Below are positions 16,042 through 26,172 of a DNA stretch of 36,102 nt, piece by piece (position 1 is the first letter of the stretch; each line of letters starts with the position of its first letter). The notes below the pieces were generated by a model that did not search any database, was not told the DNA's origin, and was given only the letters and a program-made list of their open reading frames with translations. This DNA comes from Armatimonadota bacterium (lineage in GTDB: Bacteria; Armatimonadota; Armatimonadia; Armatimonadales; Armatimonadaceae). The stretch covers positions 1 to 36,102 of the forward strand of contig JAYUUO010000160.1 in the NCBI GenBank assembly GCA_043754515.1, read 5' to 3'. The position numbers and the translations under genes were made by a program.

Positions 16042-16917
16042 CTAACACGCAGTAGCAACCAACGCCCTAGCAAACTCAACGTTGAGCCGGTGGCTCGGCT
16101 TCACCGCGAACACGTCCATATCCGGGAGCGGCAAACCCGCGAGCGCGAGATCGCCCATCAGGTCGAGGAGTTTATGCCGTGCTAGCTCGTTCGGGAAGCG
16201 GAGCGGCCGCGAGTAATGGTCGGGGTACACGATCAGGGCGTTCTCCTCGCTCCCGCCGAGGGCGAGTCCGGCTTTGCGCAGGGCTTCCACTTCTTCAATG
16301 AACCCGAAGGTACGGGCGGGGGCGATGTCCGCGAAATAGTTGTCGGCGGTCTCGTCGTAGCGGGCGATTTGGGTGCCGACGAGCGAGTGATCGAAACAGA
16401 TCGCCGCCGTCAGCGTGAGTTCATCGGACGGGTACGCCGCTATAAACGCGCCGTTCTTGCCCGTCACGATCAATGGTAGGATGGGCACCGCCGCCTCGTA
16501 GGTGTGTATATACCGGGCACCAACCTGGGCGATAGCGTCGGTCCATATCGAAGCACTACCGTCCCCGATGGGAAGTTCGGAACCGTCTACCTCGACCGTT
16601 AGATGCGTAATTCGCAACCCCGCGAGGGCCGACATCAGATGCTCGACCGTGGAGATCGTCGCGCCGTCTTTGCCAAGCACCGTGCAACGCGACGTGTCAA
16701 CGACGGAGGTGGTGGTGGCGGGAATTGTCACCCCGGCGGCGGTTCGGAAGGACACGCCGTCGTGCTCATCGGCGCGGATGACGCGGTTGTTGAAGCCGTC
16801 ATGCGGCAGGAGAGTCACCCGCGACGCGGTTCCAGTATGGATACCGATCCCCTCGACCGTGACGGGGGCCTGGATCGTTCGCGCGCGGGTGGATGACTCC
16901 CCAGACTCATGCCGCAA
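16042..16917 (-). CDS. lpxC: UDP-3-O-acyl-N-acetylglucosamine deacetylase
   Basis: GIGIHTG, TVEHLMSAL, ELPIGDGSA, APARTFG and HKLLDLMGDL motifs. Confidence 0.95.
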   Translation of the reverse strand: MRHESGESSTRARTIQAPVTVEGIGIHTGTASRVTLLPHDGFNNRVIRADEHDGVSFRTAAGVTIPATTTSVVDTSRCTVLGKDGATISTVEHLMSALAGLRITHLTVEVDGSELPIGDGSASIWTDAIAQVGARYIHTYEAAVPILPLIVTGKNGAFIAAYPSDELTLTAAICFDHSLVGTQIARYDETADNYFADIAPARTFGFIEEVEALRKAGLALGGSEENALIVYPDHYSRPLRFPNELARHKLLDLMGDLALAGLPLPDMDVFAVKPSHRLNVEFARALVATAC

Positions 16918-16920
16918 GAT

Positions 16921-18036
16921 CTACTCCCCCCGCGCCGCGAGTCTCGATTCGAGTTCGGCGACCCGCTTCTCCATCTCGCGGAACGCCTTGATCATCTCGG
17001 GCAACTGGTTCGCCGCCGCGCTCGCCTTCAGGCTTTCCTTGTGCGGGCGGGCCGGGTAGCCGGAGATATGTGCCCGTGCGGGGACGTCGCCGAACACACC
17101 GGACTGCGCCGCGATCACTGCCTGGTCGCCTATCTTGACCTGCTCCTTGACGCCGGCTTGACCCGCGATGATGACGTTTCTTCCGGTCTCCACGCCGCCC
17201 GCGAGCCCCACCTGCGCCACGATCAGACAATCCTCGCCGATCTCGCAGTTGTGCCCGATGTGAACCAGGTTGTCAATTTTCGTCCCGCGCCCGATGCGCG
17301 TGGTGCCGGTGCGGGCACGGTCAATCGTGACGTTCGCGCCGATCTCGACGTCGCTACCGACCGCGACGTTGCCGATCTGCGGCACTTTGCGGTGCTTGCC
17401 AGCCGATGTCAGGTAGCCGTAGCCGTCCGCGCCGAGTACCGCGCCGCTGTGAATGATGCAGTTATCGCCGACCACCGTGCCGCGCAAGAGCGAAACGTTG
17501 GGATGGACCGTGGTGTTGTCGCCGATCTCGACGTCGTCGCCGAGATAGACGAGCGCGTGAATCGTGACGTTCTCGCCGAGGCGTACGTTCTCGCCGAAGA
17601 CGCAGTTCGCGCCGACCGAGGCGTTCGCGCCGTGCCGGAAATCGGAGCCGATCACGGCGGTTCGGTGAATCTCGCGCGTCTGGTACCGTTCCGGCGCGAA
17701 AAGGTCGAGGAGTTGCGCGAACGCGAGGCGCGGGTTCGCGACCTGGATCAGCGTCTTCGACGACAATCCGCCGTTCGCGAGCGCGTCCTTCAGGTCGGCT
17801 TCGGGGGCGAGGATGGCGGAGGCTTGCGACAGCGCGGCGTTCGCGAGGAATCGGACGCTTTCCGCGAAGGTGATGTCGCCGCTCTGTGCGTCCTCAATGG
17901 CCGCGATGCCGCTGATCACGGTATGGGGGTCTCCGAAGACGCGCCCCTGTACCAGATGCGCGAGTTCGCTGACCGTGCGCGCCTTGTTGGTTGAATTATC
18001 CTGGTTGACCATCGCTGTGTTCAGTTCGCTTCCCAA
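16921..18036 (-). CDS. lpxD: UDP-3-O-(3-hydroxyacyl)glucosamine N-acyltransferase
   Basis: Hexapeptide repeats, GADGYGY, KVPQIG, TIDR and KIDNLVHIGHN. The start may be ATG 18012. Confidence 0.95.
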   Translation of the reverse strand: MGSELNTAMVNQDNSTNKARTVSELAHLVQGRVFGDPHTVISGIAAIEDAQSGDITFAESVRFLANAALSQASAILAPEADLKDALANGGLSSKTLIQVANPRLAFAQLLDLFAPERYQTREIHRTAVIGSDFRHGANASVGANCVFGENVRLGENVTIHALVYLGDDVEIGDNTTVHPNVSLLRGTVVGDNCIIHSGAVLGADGYGYLTSAGKHRKVPQIGNVAVGSDVEIGANVTIDRARTGTTRIGRGTKIDNLVHIGHNCEIGEDCLIVAQVGLAGGVETGRNVIIAGQAGVKEQVKIGDQAVIAAQSGVFGDVPARAHISGYPARPHKESLKASAAANQLPEMIKAFREMEKRVAELESRLAARGE

Positions 18037-18117
18037 AGGGCATCTTTTGCCGGTTAACGCGTCGCAGGCAGTACCATCAATCCGCGCCCGTGATTCCCGA
18101 TTCTTGCAAAGAGTGTC

Positions 18118-19410
18118 TTATCGGGGTTTCGCTTGATTTGACAGCGGAACTGTATCAACGTTACCAAAAATCCAGCGGCGGAACTCGGGGGTGCGATCCG
18201 GCAGATTCGGGGCGGGGGAGAAAACCGGCTCGACGTTGTGCGCCTGCCCCGCGTCGCGCACGGCGGCGACCACATCGCGCCGGATCGCGTCGCGGATGTC
18301 GGCGCGTTCGGCGACTATCTGGCGGTAAACGGCGTCGGAATCGGGGCGAGTGACCATGACGGGCGCGACCGCGGGGAGCGGCGGCAGGCGGGCACCGGCA
18401 CCATCCGCCATTGCGGCCCGCGCTGCGACACGCTCGGTGGCTTCCAAATCTTGCAGAAGGGCGAGGAGTTCGCGGCGTAGCGCGGCGATCTCCGTGCCCT
18501 GCCCGTCGTCCGCCGGTAGTTTAGCGAGTTGTTTCCGCACCCACTCGTCGTTCTCGGCGCGGATGGTGGCAATCGCGTCCGCGATCAGGCCGTTATTGAA
18601 TGTGACGTCCCGGTCGTTTGCGTCGCGGATGCGGTTGACTTCCTTCTCCCAGTCGCGCAGGAGTTTAGTCAGCCGCGCCTCATCGCTGGTCACGAAAGGG
18701 GTCGGGCGCGGCGGGGGCTTCTCCGCGTGTGCGCTGAGCGCGGCGATCTGCTCCTCCAGCCGCTTGTCGGAAGGAAGTTTGGTGACGGGATCGCGGGCGA
18801 CGGAGACGACATTCTGATTGCTGAGGTTCAGTTTCGCGGCGTCGCGGCGGATGCGCGCCTGCCGCGCGGCGTCCGAACGCGAAACGATGGCGTCGCGGGT
18901 CTCATTCTCGATGCGGGTTCTGGCTGCCGCTTCGCGGTCGGCACCGCGCGCGCTGGCAATCCCCTCGAACTCGGCGCGCTTCTCAACCCGTATCCGCGCG
19001 CCGATCGCGGCTATCGTGGCGACATAACGTGTCAGGGTCGTCTCCGCGCTACGCCGCAGGGCGAGCCGCGCGTCCGCGTTGCGCTTCGCGTCGGTGCCGG
19101 AGCGCGTCGGCGTGTCAGAGAGAATCGGCGCGAACACCTCCGGCGTTCCCACTCGCGCGGGGACCGCCGCGTCGCCGCGCAGACGTTGCGCAGCGGCGTC
19201 GAGGTCGCGTAAAGACGCCGCGAGCGGGTGGGCGGCGACGAGAGTCTCGACGCCCACGTAAGCCCGCTCCGGCTTCGCCGCCGCTTGCGGCGCGGGAACG
19301 GCGCAACCACCGAGCGTCAGAACGGCCGCGCCGATAATCGCGGTCGCCCCCCAGGGCGGGGAACGCCGGTAGGATCCCTGGCTACTTGTTGACTTCTTTG
19401 AGCACTTCAT
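18118..19410 (-). CDS. Coiled-coil lipoprotein, an elongated Skp/OmpH-like protein
   Basis: Lipobox LGGC. AYVGVETLVAAHP and the C-terminal AVRDAG...VF...DRT resemble Skp termini. Lies between skp and lpxD. Start uncertain. Confidence 0.6.
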   Translation of the reverse strand: MKCSKKSTSSQGSYRRSPPWGATAIIGAAVLTLGGCAVPAPQAAAKPERAYVGVETLVAAHPLAASLRDLDAAAQRLRGDAAVPARVGTPEVFAPILSDTPTRSGTDAKRNADARLALRRSAETTLTRYVATIAAIGARIRVEKRAEFEGIASARGADREAAARTRIENETRDAIVSRSDAARQARIRRDAAKLNLSNQNVVSVARDPVTKLPSDKRLEEQIAALSAHAEKPPPRPTPFVTSDEARLTKLLRDWEKEVNRIRDANDRDVTFNNGLIADAIATIRAENDEWVRKQLAKLPADDGQGTEIAALRRELLALLQDLEATERVAARAAMADGAGARLPPLPAVAPVMVTRPDSDAVYRQIVAERADIRDAIRRDVVAAVRDAGQAHNVEPVFSPAPNLPDRTPEFRRWIFGNVDTVPLSNQAKPR

Positions 19411-20056
19411 CGGTGATGTCCACGACGGCGTAGATGGCGATATCGCCGGTGAACACCACGGAAAGGTTCTTCGCCTTAGCGACGCGAGCGACCGCCGCCC
19501 GCACCTGGGTCAGCGACTTCAGATCCGCTTCGCGCGCCCTGTCCGACAGCCGCGCTTCGAGCGTGCCCACTAGTTTCTGTAGCGAGGCACCGCCCTTCTC
19601 CTGGGTGTCGGTGAGTTGCGCCATCCGGGCGGTCTGCGCGTCGTCCATTTTGGGAGTGTTCTGGAGCGTGGTCAACTCGCGCTTCTGCTTATCGCCTTGC
19701 TCTTCGAGCTGCCCGATCCGCTTCTGCTCGGCGTCGGTCGGCTTCGCCTTCTCATACAAGGAGGCGAGTTCGGTGATCGCCGTGTCCGGGATAAACCGCG
19801 CGGACCCTTGATCGAGTCGGCGCAGAACGGCGGTCATGTTTTGCTTCATCGCCTGAAGATTATCGGACGCGGCGAGGCGCCCCTTCGATTCGTTGAGCAC
19901 TCTGCCTACGTCCACCATGCCGAACTGCGCGGCGTCCGGCGGGGCGGCTTGCGCGGGCGGGATGGGCGCAACGGCGGTGACGATCAGGCCCGCTGAAACA
20001 GCGAGCGCGGGAACGAGAAACCTTCTAAACGCTTGAAATACGGTGACCAAGAACAT
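19382..20056 (-). CDS. skp: OmpH/Skp periplasmic chaperone
   Basis: Signal peptide, GMVDVGRVL, and VAKAKNLSVV...DITDEVLK. Directly after bamA. Confidence 0.85.
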   Translation of the reverse strand: MFLVTVFQAFRRFLVPALAVSAGLIVTAVAPIPPAQAAPPDAAQFGMVDVGRVLNESKGRLAASDNLQAMKQNMTAVLRRLDQGSARFIPDTAITELASLYEKAKPTDAEQKRIGQLEEQGDKQKRELTTLQNTPKMDDAQTARMAQLTDTQEKGGASLQKLVGTLEARLSDRAREADLKSLTQVRAAVARVAKAKNLSVVFTGDIAIYAVVDITDEVLKEVNK

Positions 20057-20093
20057 AACTCCTTAACAAAACGGCGGGAATACCGCGGACCGG

Positions 20094-22019
20094 CTAGAAC
20101 GCCTGGCCTATCGAGAAATGGGTGCGGTTCGTCTCGCCGATGCCGTAGTCGAGGCGCACCGGACCGACCGGGGTTTTGACGCGGATGCCGATCCCGAAGC
20201 CGACGCGCGGCGAGAAGGAGCCGTGTTGCGCGAAGCCAGAGATGTTCTCCTTGTTGAAACTGTTCGCGCCCCAGGCGTCCCCGATGTCTACGAAAAAGAC
20301 GCCGTTCAGCGTTCCGGATTTGCGGTCCAGCGGGAACCGCACTTCGTTCGAGAGGAGCAGGGTGTTGTTCCCCCAGAAACGGTCGTCGTTGTAGCCGCGC
20401 AGGTTGTCCGCGCCGCCCATGAAGTACTGCTCCGAAAAGCCGATGTTGCCCGCCGACGTCCCGAACAGGAGCCGACTCGCCAGCACCGCCTTCGGCTTCT
20501 TGAGTTCGTCGAGTGACCGCTTCCTGCCGTCCAGGGGGTAGTAGTTGCGGATGTCAACGTTGCCTTTGGTGAATGACCCGTTTTGGCGACGGGCATCCAC
20601 CAGCGCGTGCGAGATGTTCGGGGTCGTCGTGTCGTCCACGAAGGCCGGGTTCGGGCGCGGGTCCTGGTAGTCGTAGTTGCCGACGCCGAACTCGAGGGCG
20701 GGCGAGAAGTAGATGCCGCTCGCCGGGTCCGTCTCGACGTCACGCATGTTGGTCACGCCGCGCAGGGTCACTGACGAGACGTTACCCCGTGACACCAGCG
20801 AGCCGCGGATGTTGCTGATCTCGGTCGTCGTCAAGGCGTCGTAGTTGGCTTGCAGGTTGTTCGCGCGCACGTTCTCCGCCCGGAAGGACGCGAAAACGCG
20901 GGTGAAGTCGGAGATCGGCCGCGCGACGGTCACCGATCCACCGCGCCGCTCCTCGTAATACTGGTTGTCGTTCGTGCCGCTCGTGAGCGAGTTAGAAAGG
21001 GCACGGTTGAACCGGTAGGAGACCCGGTTATAAACGTTCACCGAAGCCGACGTATTGTGCTTGTCTATCCACGGCTCGGTGAACCCGACGTCGAACTGGT
21101 TCGCCGAACTCGAGCCGCCCACCGTCCACGACAGGTTCAGCGTCTGGCCACGTCCCTGGAAGTTGTTCTCGTTTAAGGAGAGCGTGCCCGTCAGCCGCTG
21201 GCGCACCGAGTAGCCGACCGAGACGCCGACCTGGCCCGACCGCTGCTCCTGCACGGGCACGACGAGGCGTAGTTTGCCCAGTTCCGAGCCGTCGTCCACG
21301 CGCCACCCCTCGACGTTCGCGAACAAGCCGAGGTTGTAGATGCGTTGCAAGTCGCGCTGAATCGTGTTTTTGTTGAACGGCTCGCCCACTTTAGTGCGCA
21401 TCTCGCGCAGGACGACGCCGGGGCGGGTCTTCTTCAGTCCTTCGATCGTGATCGTCTCGACCGTGGTCTCCTGGATCGGGATCGTGAGCACGCCGGTCTT
21501 GGGGTCAATGCCGACCTCGTTCGTCACGAACGCCGCCAGGCCCCGTTGCTGATACTCCTGCTGGATTCGGAGCAGATCCTGGTCGAGAGTGACCGTGTTC
21601 AGTACCGTTTTGGGGACGGTCTGGAGTTTCGGTAACAGGTCCTTGAGCGCGACTGATTTGTTGCCGGTGATGATGACCTGCTGGATGACGGGGTTCTCGA
21701 CCATCTCGAAGATCACGTGCAGGCGACCATCCGTCGTGGTCTCCGTACGCCCGACCACGGACTGGTACAGGCCGATCTCGCGGATGCGTTGCCGCGCCTC
21801 GGTGTAGGCGGCGGATGTGAACGGCGCGCCCGCCTTGATCCCCGCGCCCGCCGAGGCGGTCCGCGCGACCTGCGCGTTGGTGCTCGCCGTGCCGCGGATG
21901 CGTATCTCTACCTCGGAGACGATCTGCCCCTCCTGCGCCCACGCGATCGCCGCGCAGAGCAGGGTGGGTAGGGTTACGGCGAAAAGGGCGGGCGTGCCGC
22001 GACGAAAGCGATCAAACAT
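20094..22019 (-). CDS. bamA: Omp85/BamA-family outer membrane assembly factor (about 3 POTRA domains)
   Basis: POTRA repeats (ITGNKSV, IEGLKKT), GGADNLRGY, and C-terminal GPVRLDYG...FSIGQAF. Confidence 0.9.
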   Translation of the reverse strand: MFDRFRRGTPALFAVTLPTLLCAAIAWAQEGQIVSEVEIRIRGTASTNAQVARTASAGAGIKAGAPFTSAAYTEARQRIREIGLYQSVVGRTETTTDGRLHVIFEMVENPVIQQVIITGNKSVALKDLLPKLQTVPKTVLNTVTLDQDLLRIQQEYQQRGLAAFVTNEVGIDPKTGVLTIPIQETTVETITIEGLKKTRPGVVLREMRTKVGEPFNKNTIQRDLQRIYNLGLFANVEGWRVDDGSELGKLRLVVPVQEQRSGQVGVSVGYSVRQRLTGTLSLNENNFQGRGQTLNLSWTVGGSSSANQFDVGFTEPWIDKHNTSASVNVYNRVSYRFNRALSNSLTSGTNDNQYYEERRGGSVTVARPISDFTRVFASFRAENVRANNLQANYDALTTTEISNIRGSLVSRGNVSSVTLRGVTNMRDVETDPASGIYFSPALEFGVGNYDYQDPRPNPAFVDDTTTPNISHALVDARRQNGSFTKGNVDIRNYYPLDGRKRSLDELKKPKAVLASRLLFGTSAGNIGFSEQYFMGGADNLRGYNDDRFWGNNTLLLSNEVRFPLDRKSGTLNGVFFVDIGDAWGANSFNKENISGFAQHGSFSPRVGFGIGIRVKTPVGPVRLDYGIGETNRTHFSIGQAF

Positions 22020-22189
22020 CGGTGGTGCTACAATCTCCGGAAAGGTCGGAAGGGCGGGCCTGACGCGACACCCTCTGAGCGGCTATCGCGCGGCCCTGGG
22101 CGGAACCGCTACCCGGTTTTCGTACCCCCGCCGTTCATCCGCGCCGCCCCGCGCCGCCCGCGATTTCTCGCCCGCGGCAGGTGTTATGA

Positions 22190-22996
22190 CTACAGGCCGC
22201 GGTAATACGGTTCGAGTTTTTGTCGCACCATGTTTCGCGCGCGGTGCAACCGGGTCTTGACGGCGGGCACCGTTAGGTCGGTGACGCGGGCGATCTCGTC
22301 ATAGGACAGGTCATCTACTTCGGCGAGTACGAACACGACTTTGTAATCCGGCTTGAGCGATTCCACGGCGCGGTGCAGTCGCGCGGCGAACTCCTTGTCC
22401 ATGAGGGCCTGTTCGGGGACGTTACGCCAGTCGGCCACTTCGCGCCCCAGCTCGCCCGAATCGGTCTCGATGTGGTCGTTCAGGCTGACCGGCTCGCGCT
22501 CGCGCTGTCGGTCGCGCTGCTTGAAGCGGTTTTTGCAGTTATTGACCGCTATCTGGTGGAGCCACGTCGAGACGCGGGCGTCGCCCCGGAACCGATCCCA
22601 GGCACGGAACGCGTTCAGGAAGGTTTCCACGGTCAGGTCCTCGGCGTCGTCGTGGTCGCCTATGATGCGCAGGATCAGGTTGTATATCTTGGCGCGGTAC
22701 TTCTCGACGATCTGGTCGAAGGTGAGTCGGCGATCGTCATCCACCGAAGCCGCCATCGTGTCACGGGTGTTCGTCGCGGCGGCGGGCGTCTCGTCCGCCG
22801 CGCCCTGCTCGCCCTGGTGCGGCGGCGGTGCCGACCCGGACGGCGACAGCGGGCGCGCGGGCGGTGACAGAGGAGATGGTTTGGAGAATGACATGGCGCG
22901 TCCGTGCCGGGGCGCGGCGACCGCCGCGCTGATCGCGCCCCAGACGCTGGTCAGGGGGGAGTCATCTCGCTCGGTTGTCGCCATCGCCGATCCCAT
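22190..22996 (-). CDS. ECF sigma-70 factor with an N-terminal low-complexity extension
   Basis: Region 2 DAEDLTVETF..STWLHQIAVN and region 4 SYDEIA..VKTRLHRAR. Start uncertain (22996, 22984 or later). Confidence 0.9.
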   Translation of the reverse strand: MGSAMATTERDDSPLTSVWGAISAAVAAPRHGRAMSFSKPSPLSPPARPLSPSGSAPPPHQGEQGAADETPAAATNTRDTMAASVDDDRRLTFDQIVEKYRAKIYNLILRIIGDHDDAEDLTVETFLNAFRAWDRFRGDARVSTWLHQIAVNNCKNRFKQRDRQREREPVSLNDHIETDSGELGREVADWRNVPEQALMDKEFAARLHRAVESLKPDYKVVFVLAEVDDLSYDEIARVTDLTVPAVKTRLHRARNMVRQKLEPYYRGL

Positions 22997-23089
22997 TATA
23001 GTTTGCCCGCACTCTTTCTTGCCAGGAAGGTCACTTCCCGCGTTTCGGTCTCGTTCAAATGGCGGATGATCCCGGCCCCATCTTTTTTC

Positions 23090-23117
23090 TAGACGTGTTT
23101 TGACGGGGGCAGTTTCA
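23090..23117 (-). promoter_or_regulatory. ECF (SigW/SigE-like) promoter upstream of the sigma gene, probably autoregulatory
   Basis: TGAAAC-N16-CGTCTA on the minus strand. Confidence 0.6.
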
Positions 23118-23260
23118 GTTTTCCCGCTAAAGTTTAACCGATATTTTCCCAATTGTCCAACGGACGCCGATATTTAAAGACGGCGTCCGTCGGTGGAACT
23201 CCTGCAAGACGCCGCCGGAGCGGCATTCGTGACATTTCCGGGCGTGGTAGGAGACGGCTC

Positions 23261-25342
23261 CTACCAGACCGTCGCCGAAACCTCCGGTGCCTTCCCCCCG
23301 AACGCCTGCCAGAACGCGGGCGTGTCCGCGAGCGGCCCGCGCACCCGGAACGGGGCCGGGGAGTGCGGGTCGGTGTTCATCTGGAGAACCGCCGCCTCCG
23401 GGCGTAGTTTCGCGCGCCACGCCTGCGCGTAGGCAAGGAAGAACCGTTGCTCGCCGGTGAACCCGTCTATCGCGGGCGGCTCCTTCCCGCCGAGGGACTT
23501 CTTGTAGGCGAGGTACGCTATCTTCAGGCCGCCCAGGTCGGCGATATTTTCGCCCACGGTTAGTTTGCCGTTGATATGGGTCCCCGGCACCGGCTCATAG
23601 GCGTCGTACTGCTTCGCCAGTGCCGCCGCCTTCGCCTCAAAGCGCTTCGCGTCCTCCGCGGCCCACCAGTCCTTGAGGTTGCCGTCCGCGTCGAACTGTC
23701 TGCCTTGATCGTCGAACCCGTGCGTCATCTCGTGACCGATGATGCTTCCTATCGCCCCGTAGTTCGAGGCGTCGTCGGACTGCGGATCGAAAAGCGGCGG
23801 TTGCAAAATCGCGGCGGGAAACACGATCTCGTTAAACGTCGGGGTGTAGTAGGCGTTCACCGTGGCGGGCGTCGTATCCCACTCGGCGCGGTCTACCGGC
23901 TTGCCTATCTTACCCAGGGTCCTTTCGAACTCGAACGCGCTGAAGCGCGCGGCGTTGGCGTAGTACGAATCCATCTTGACATCGAACCTGCTGTAATCGC
24001 GCCATTTCTCCGGGTAGCCGATCTTGATCGTGAGTTTGTCGAGTTTGCGCCGCGCCTCCTTTTTCGTCGCGTCGCCCATCCAGTCCAGCGTTTTGATCCG
24101 ATCCGACAGAGCGGCTTTCAGATTCAGCACCAGGGCGAGTGCTTTCGCCTTCGATTCTGGGGTAAAGTTCTTCGCCACGTACAGTTGCCCCACGGCTTCG
24201 CCGAGCGCGGCGTCGGTGGCCGACGCCGCCCGCTGGGCGCGCGGACGCAACGTTATCTGACCGGTCAGTGCCGAAACGAGGCGGAGGTTTTCGTCCACGA
24301 ACGGCTTGCTCAGGTAGCCCGCCGCCGTCGCCACGAGGTGGAAGCGCAAGTAGGTTTTCCAGTCGGCGACCGGCACGGACCGCGTCATCGCGGCGAACTC
24401 CGCGAGGAATGCGGGGTGCGCGACGTTGATGATGCCGGGATCGGGTTTTCCGATGCCGGCGAGGTAGGCGTCCCACGGCGCTGGCGCGGCGGCCTTGAGT
24501 TGCGCGAGCGTCATCGGGTGGTAGTTCTTGGCGGGGTCGCGTAGCGAAACGTTATCGAGCGCGGCTTTGGCGAGCCGTGTCTCGAACGCGAGAACCGTCT
24601 GAGCCTGCGCGTCGGCGTCGGCGGGCTTGTCGCCGAGTAGCACCAAGTAGCGCGCGACGTGACCCGCGTAGGCTTTGCGTATCCCTTCCGACGCCGCATC
24701 CGTTTTCAGGTAATAGTCGCGGTCGGGCAGACCCAAGCCGCCCTGTCCGAGCTCGGCGATATTGCGCGTGCTGTCTTTGAAGTCGGGACCGACGCCGATG
24801 CCGAAACCGGAATCTATGCCTATCCGGTCGAAATGCGCGAGCGTCGCCATGACATCGTTCGCGCTCAGTATCGCCGCGATTCGGTCGAGTTCGGGCTGTA
24901 TCGGCGTCGCGCCCAGTTTATCGGCGAGGGCTTCGTCGGCGGCGACGCGGTAGTAGTCGCCGACCTTCCGCTCGTTGGAACCGGGGGCGGCTTTGCCGCT
25001 CGCCGCGTTCGCCGCCGCCGTGACCAGGAGTTGTCGCACCGCGTCGTTCGCGCGCTGGAACGCCTCCATGCCCGCGCCCGCCCGTGTGAAGGCGTCGGGA
25101 ATCCGGGCAGTTTTAAGCCACGCGCCGTTGGCATATTCGTAGAAGTCGGCGGTCGGTTTCACCGAGCGGTCTATATATGCCGGGTTGATGCCGTGAACGG
25201 CGGGCGAGGCGGGAGCGGCGGCCACCGGGGTCACGGGCGGCGCGGCGGAAACGGGCGCGGCGAGCGCGGTCAAACCGAGTGTCGCGGCGAGCGGCGCGGC
25301 CAAGCACCGGCGGGCGGCGCGAGGCCGGGAAAACAGAATCAT
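23261..25342 (-). CDS. M13-family (neprilysin/PepO-like) zinc metallopeptidase, secreted
   Basis: VNAYY, HEMTHGFD and GENIAD motifs. ATG 25342 with SD AAGGAG. Confidence 0.95.
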   Translation of the reverse strand: MILFSRPRAARRCLAAPLAATLGLTALAAPVSAAPPVTPVAAAPASPAVHGINPAYIDRSVKPTADFYEYANGAWLKTARIPDAFTRAGAGMEAFQRANDAVRQLLVTAAANAASGKAAPGSNERKVGDYYRVAADEALADKLGATPIQPELDRIAAILSANDVMATLAHFDRIGIDSGFGIGVGPDFKDSTRNIAELGQGGLGLPDRDYYLKTDAASEGIRKAYAGHVARYLVLLGDKPADADAQAQTVLAFETRLAKAALDNVSLRDPAKNYHPMTLAQLKAAAPAPWDAYLAGIGKPDPGIINVAHPAFLAEFAAMTRSVPVADWKTYLRFHLVATAAGYLSKPFVDENLRLVSALTGQITLRPRAQRAASATDAALGEAVGQLYVAKNFTPESKAKALALVLNLKAALSDRIKTLDWMGDATKKEARRKLDKLTIKIGYPEKWRDYSRFDVKMDSYYANAARFSAFEFERTLGKIGKPVDRAEWDTTPATVNAYYTPTFNEIVFPAAILQPPLFDPQSDDASNYGAIGSIIGHEMTHGFDDQGRQFDADGNLKDWWAAEDAKRFEAKAAALAKQYDAYEPVPGTHINGKLTVGENIADLGGLKIAYLAYKKSLGGKEPPAIDGFTGEQRFFLAYAQAWRAKLRPEAAVLQMNTDPHSPAPFRVRGPLADTPAFWQAFGGKAPEVSATVW

Positions 25343-25527
25343 AACAAACTCCTTATCATTTTTCTCAATCGAACCTTTTTGTGTTGACGAGGGCAGGACG
25401 GAACTATCACGTTCCGTCCCCCTCGGTCTATCTGACGGCGTCACGCGGGTGTAAGTCACGAACGCGGTGGGGGAAGGCGTTCTGGAAATTGCCGACTCCA
25501 GAGGGCGACGTTTCCAGAAGGCAACAA

Positions 25528-26082
25528 TTATGACTCAGCCCCCGTCGCGCCGTCATCCGGTAGCGTCAGGCGACCGATATAAAAACGCCGCCGGTCGGGG
25601 CGCGGCGCGTTGTCCTGAAATCGCCGGGTCACGGCGCGCATCTCCTTTCGTAGTTCATCCATCTCTTCCGGGGTCAGGTGAAGAACTTCCCCGTAGAAAG
25701 AGACTCCGTCGCGGTTCGGGTCGGTGTCCGCCCCCGCTCCCGCCGCATAACGACGATACGTCTGTCGCAGGCCTTCGATAAACTGGAAGAAATAGCGCAG
25801 GTAATCGTCCTGTGTCATGCCGCCGCGCTCGTCTGGCTCGATGTATGCTTTCGTCTCGTCGAGGGCATAGACACGCTCGGTGAGTGCGCGAGCCGGCTTC
25901 TCCTCGGCGACGTACAAGATGCCCGCCTCCGCGAGCACGGCTATATGGCGGTACACCGATGCCTGCGAGATGTCTGGGAGTGCCTGAGCGATCTCGCGGG
26001 TGGTCATCCGTCGCCGGCTGATCGTTGACAGGATACGCCCGCGGACGGGGTGCATGAGTAGGTCGGCTTTGGATAGTGGCAT
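25528..26082 (-). CDS. ArsR/HTH_20-family transcriptional regulator
   Basis: LLMHPVRGRIL...ISQASVYRHIAVLAEAG...ERVY. Confidence 0.85.
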   Translation of the reverse strand: MPLSKADLLMHPVRGRILSTISRRRMTTREIAQALPDISQASVYRHIAVLAEAGILYVAEEKPARALTERVYALDETKAYIEPDERGGMTQDDYLRYFFQFIEGLRQTYRRYAAGAGADTDPNRDGVSFYGEVLHLTPEEMDELRKEMRAVTRRFQDNAPRPDRRRFYIGRLTLPDDGATGAES

Positions 26083-26110
26083 TGAAGTACAGTCGGTGAT
26101 ATTCTCACAG

Positions 26111-26139
26111 AGATTACATTATCATTGTGATAATGTCAA
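26111..26139 (-). promoter_or_regulatory. Sigma70 promoter of the regulator, overlapped by a palindromic operator
   Basis: Minus strand TTGACA-N17-TAATCT. Palindrome ACATTATCA-TTG-TGATAATGT at 26116-26136. Confidence 0.75.
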
Positions 26140-26172
26140 GGATCAGCGAACTTTTCTTGGAGGTACATTCCG

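Noticed and set aside
23138..23175. CCGATATTT direct repeat with TAAAGTTT nearby, as a sigma28 promoter
   Set aside because: The spacing does not fit and the orientation points into the 3' end of the M13 gene.
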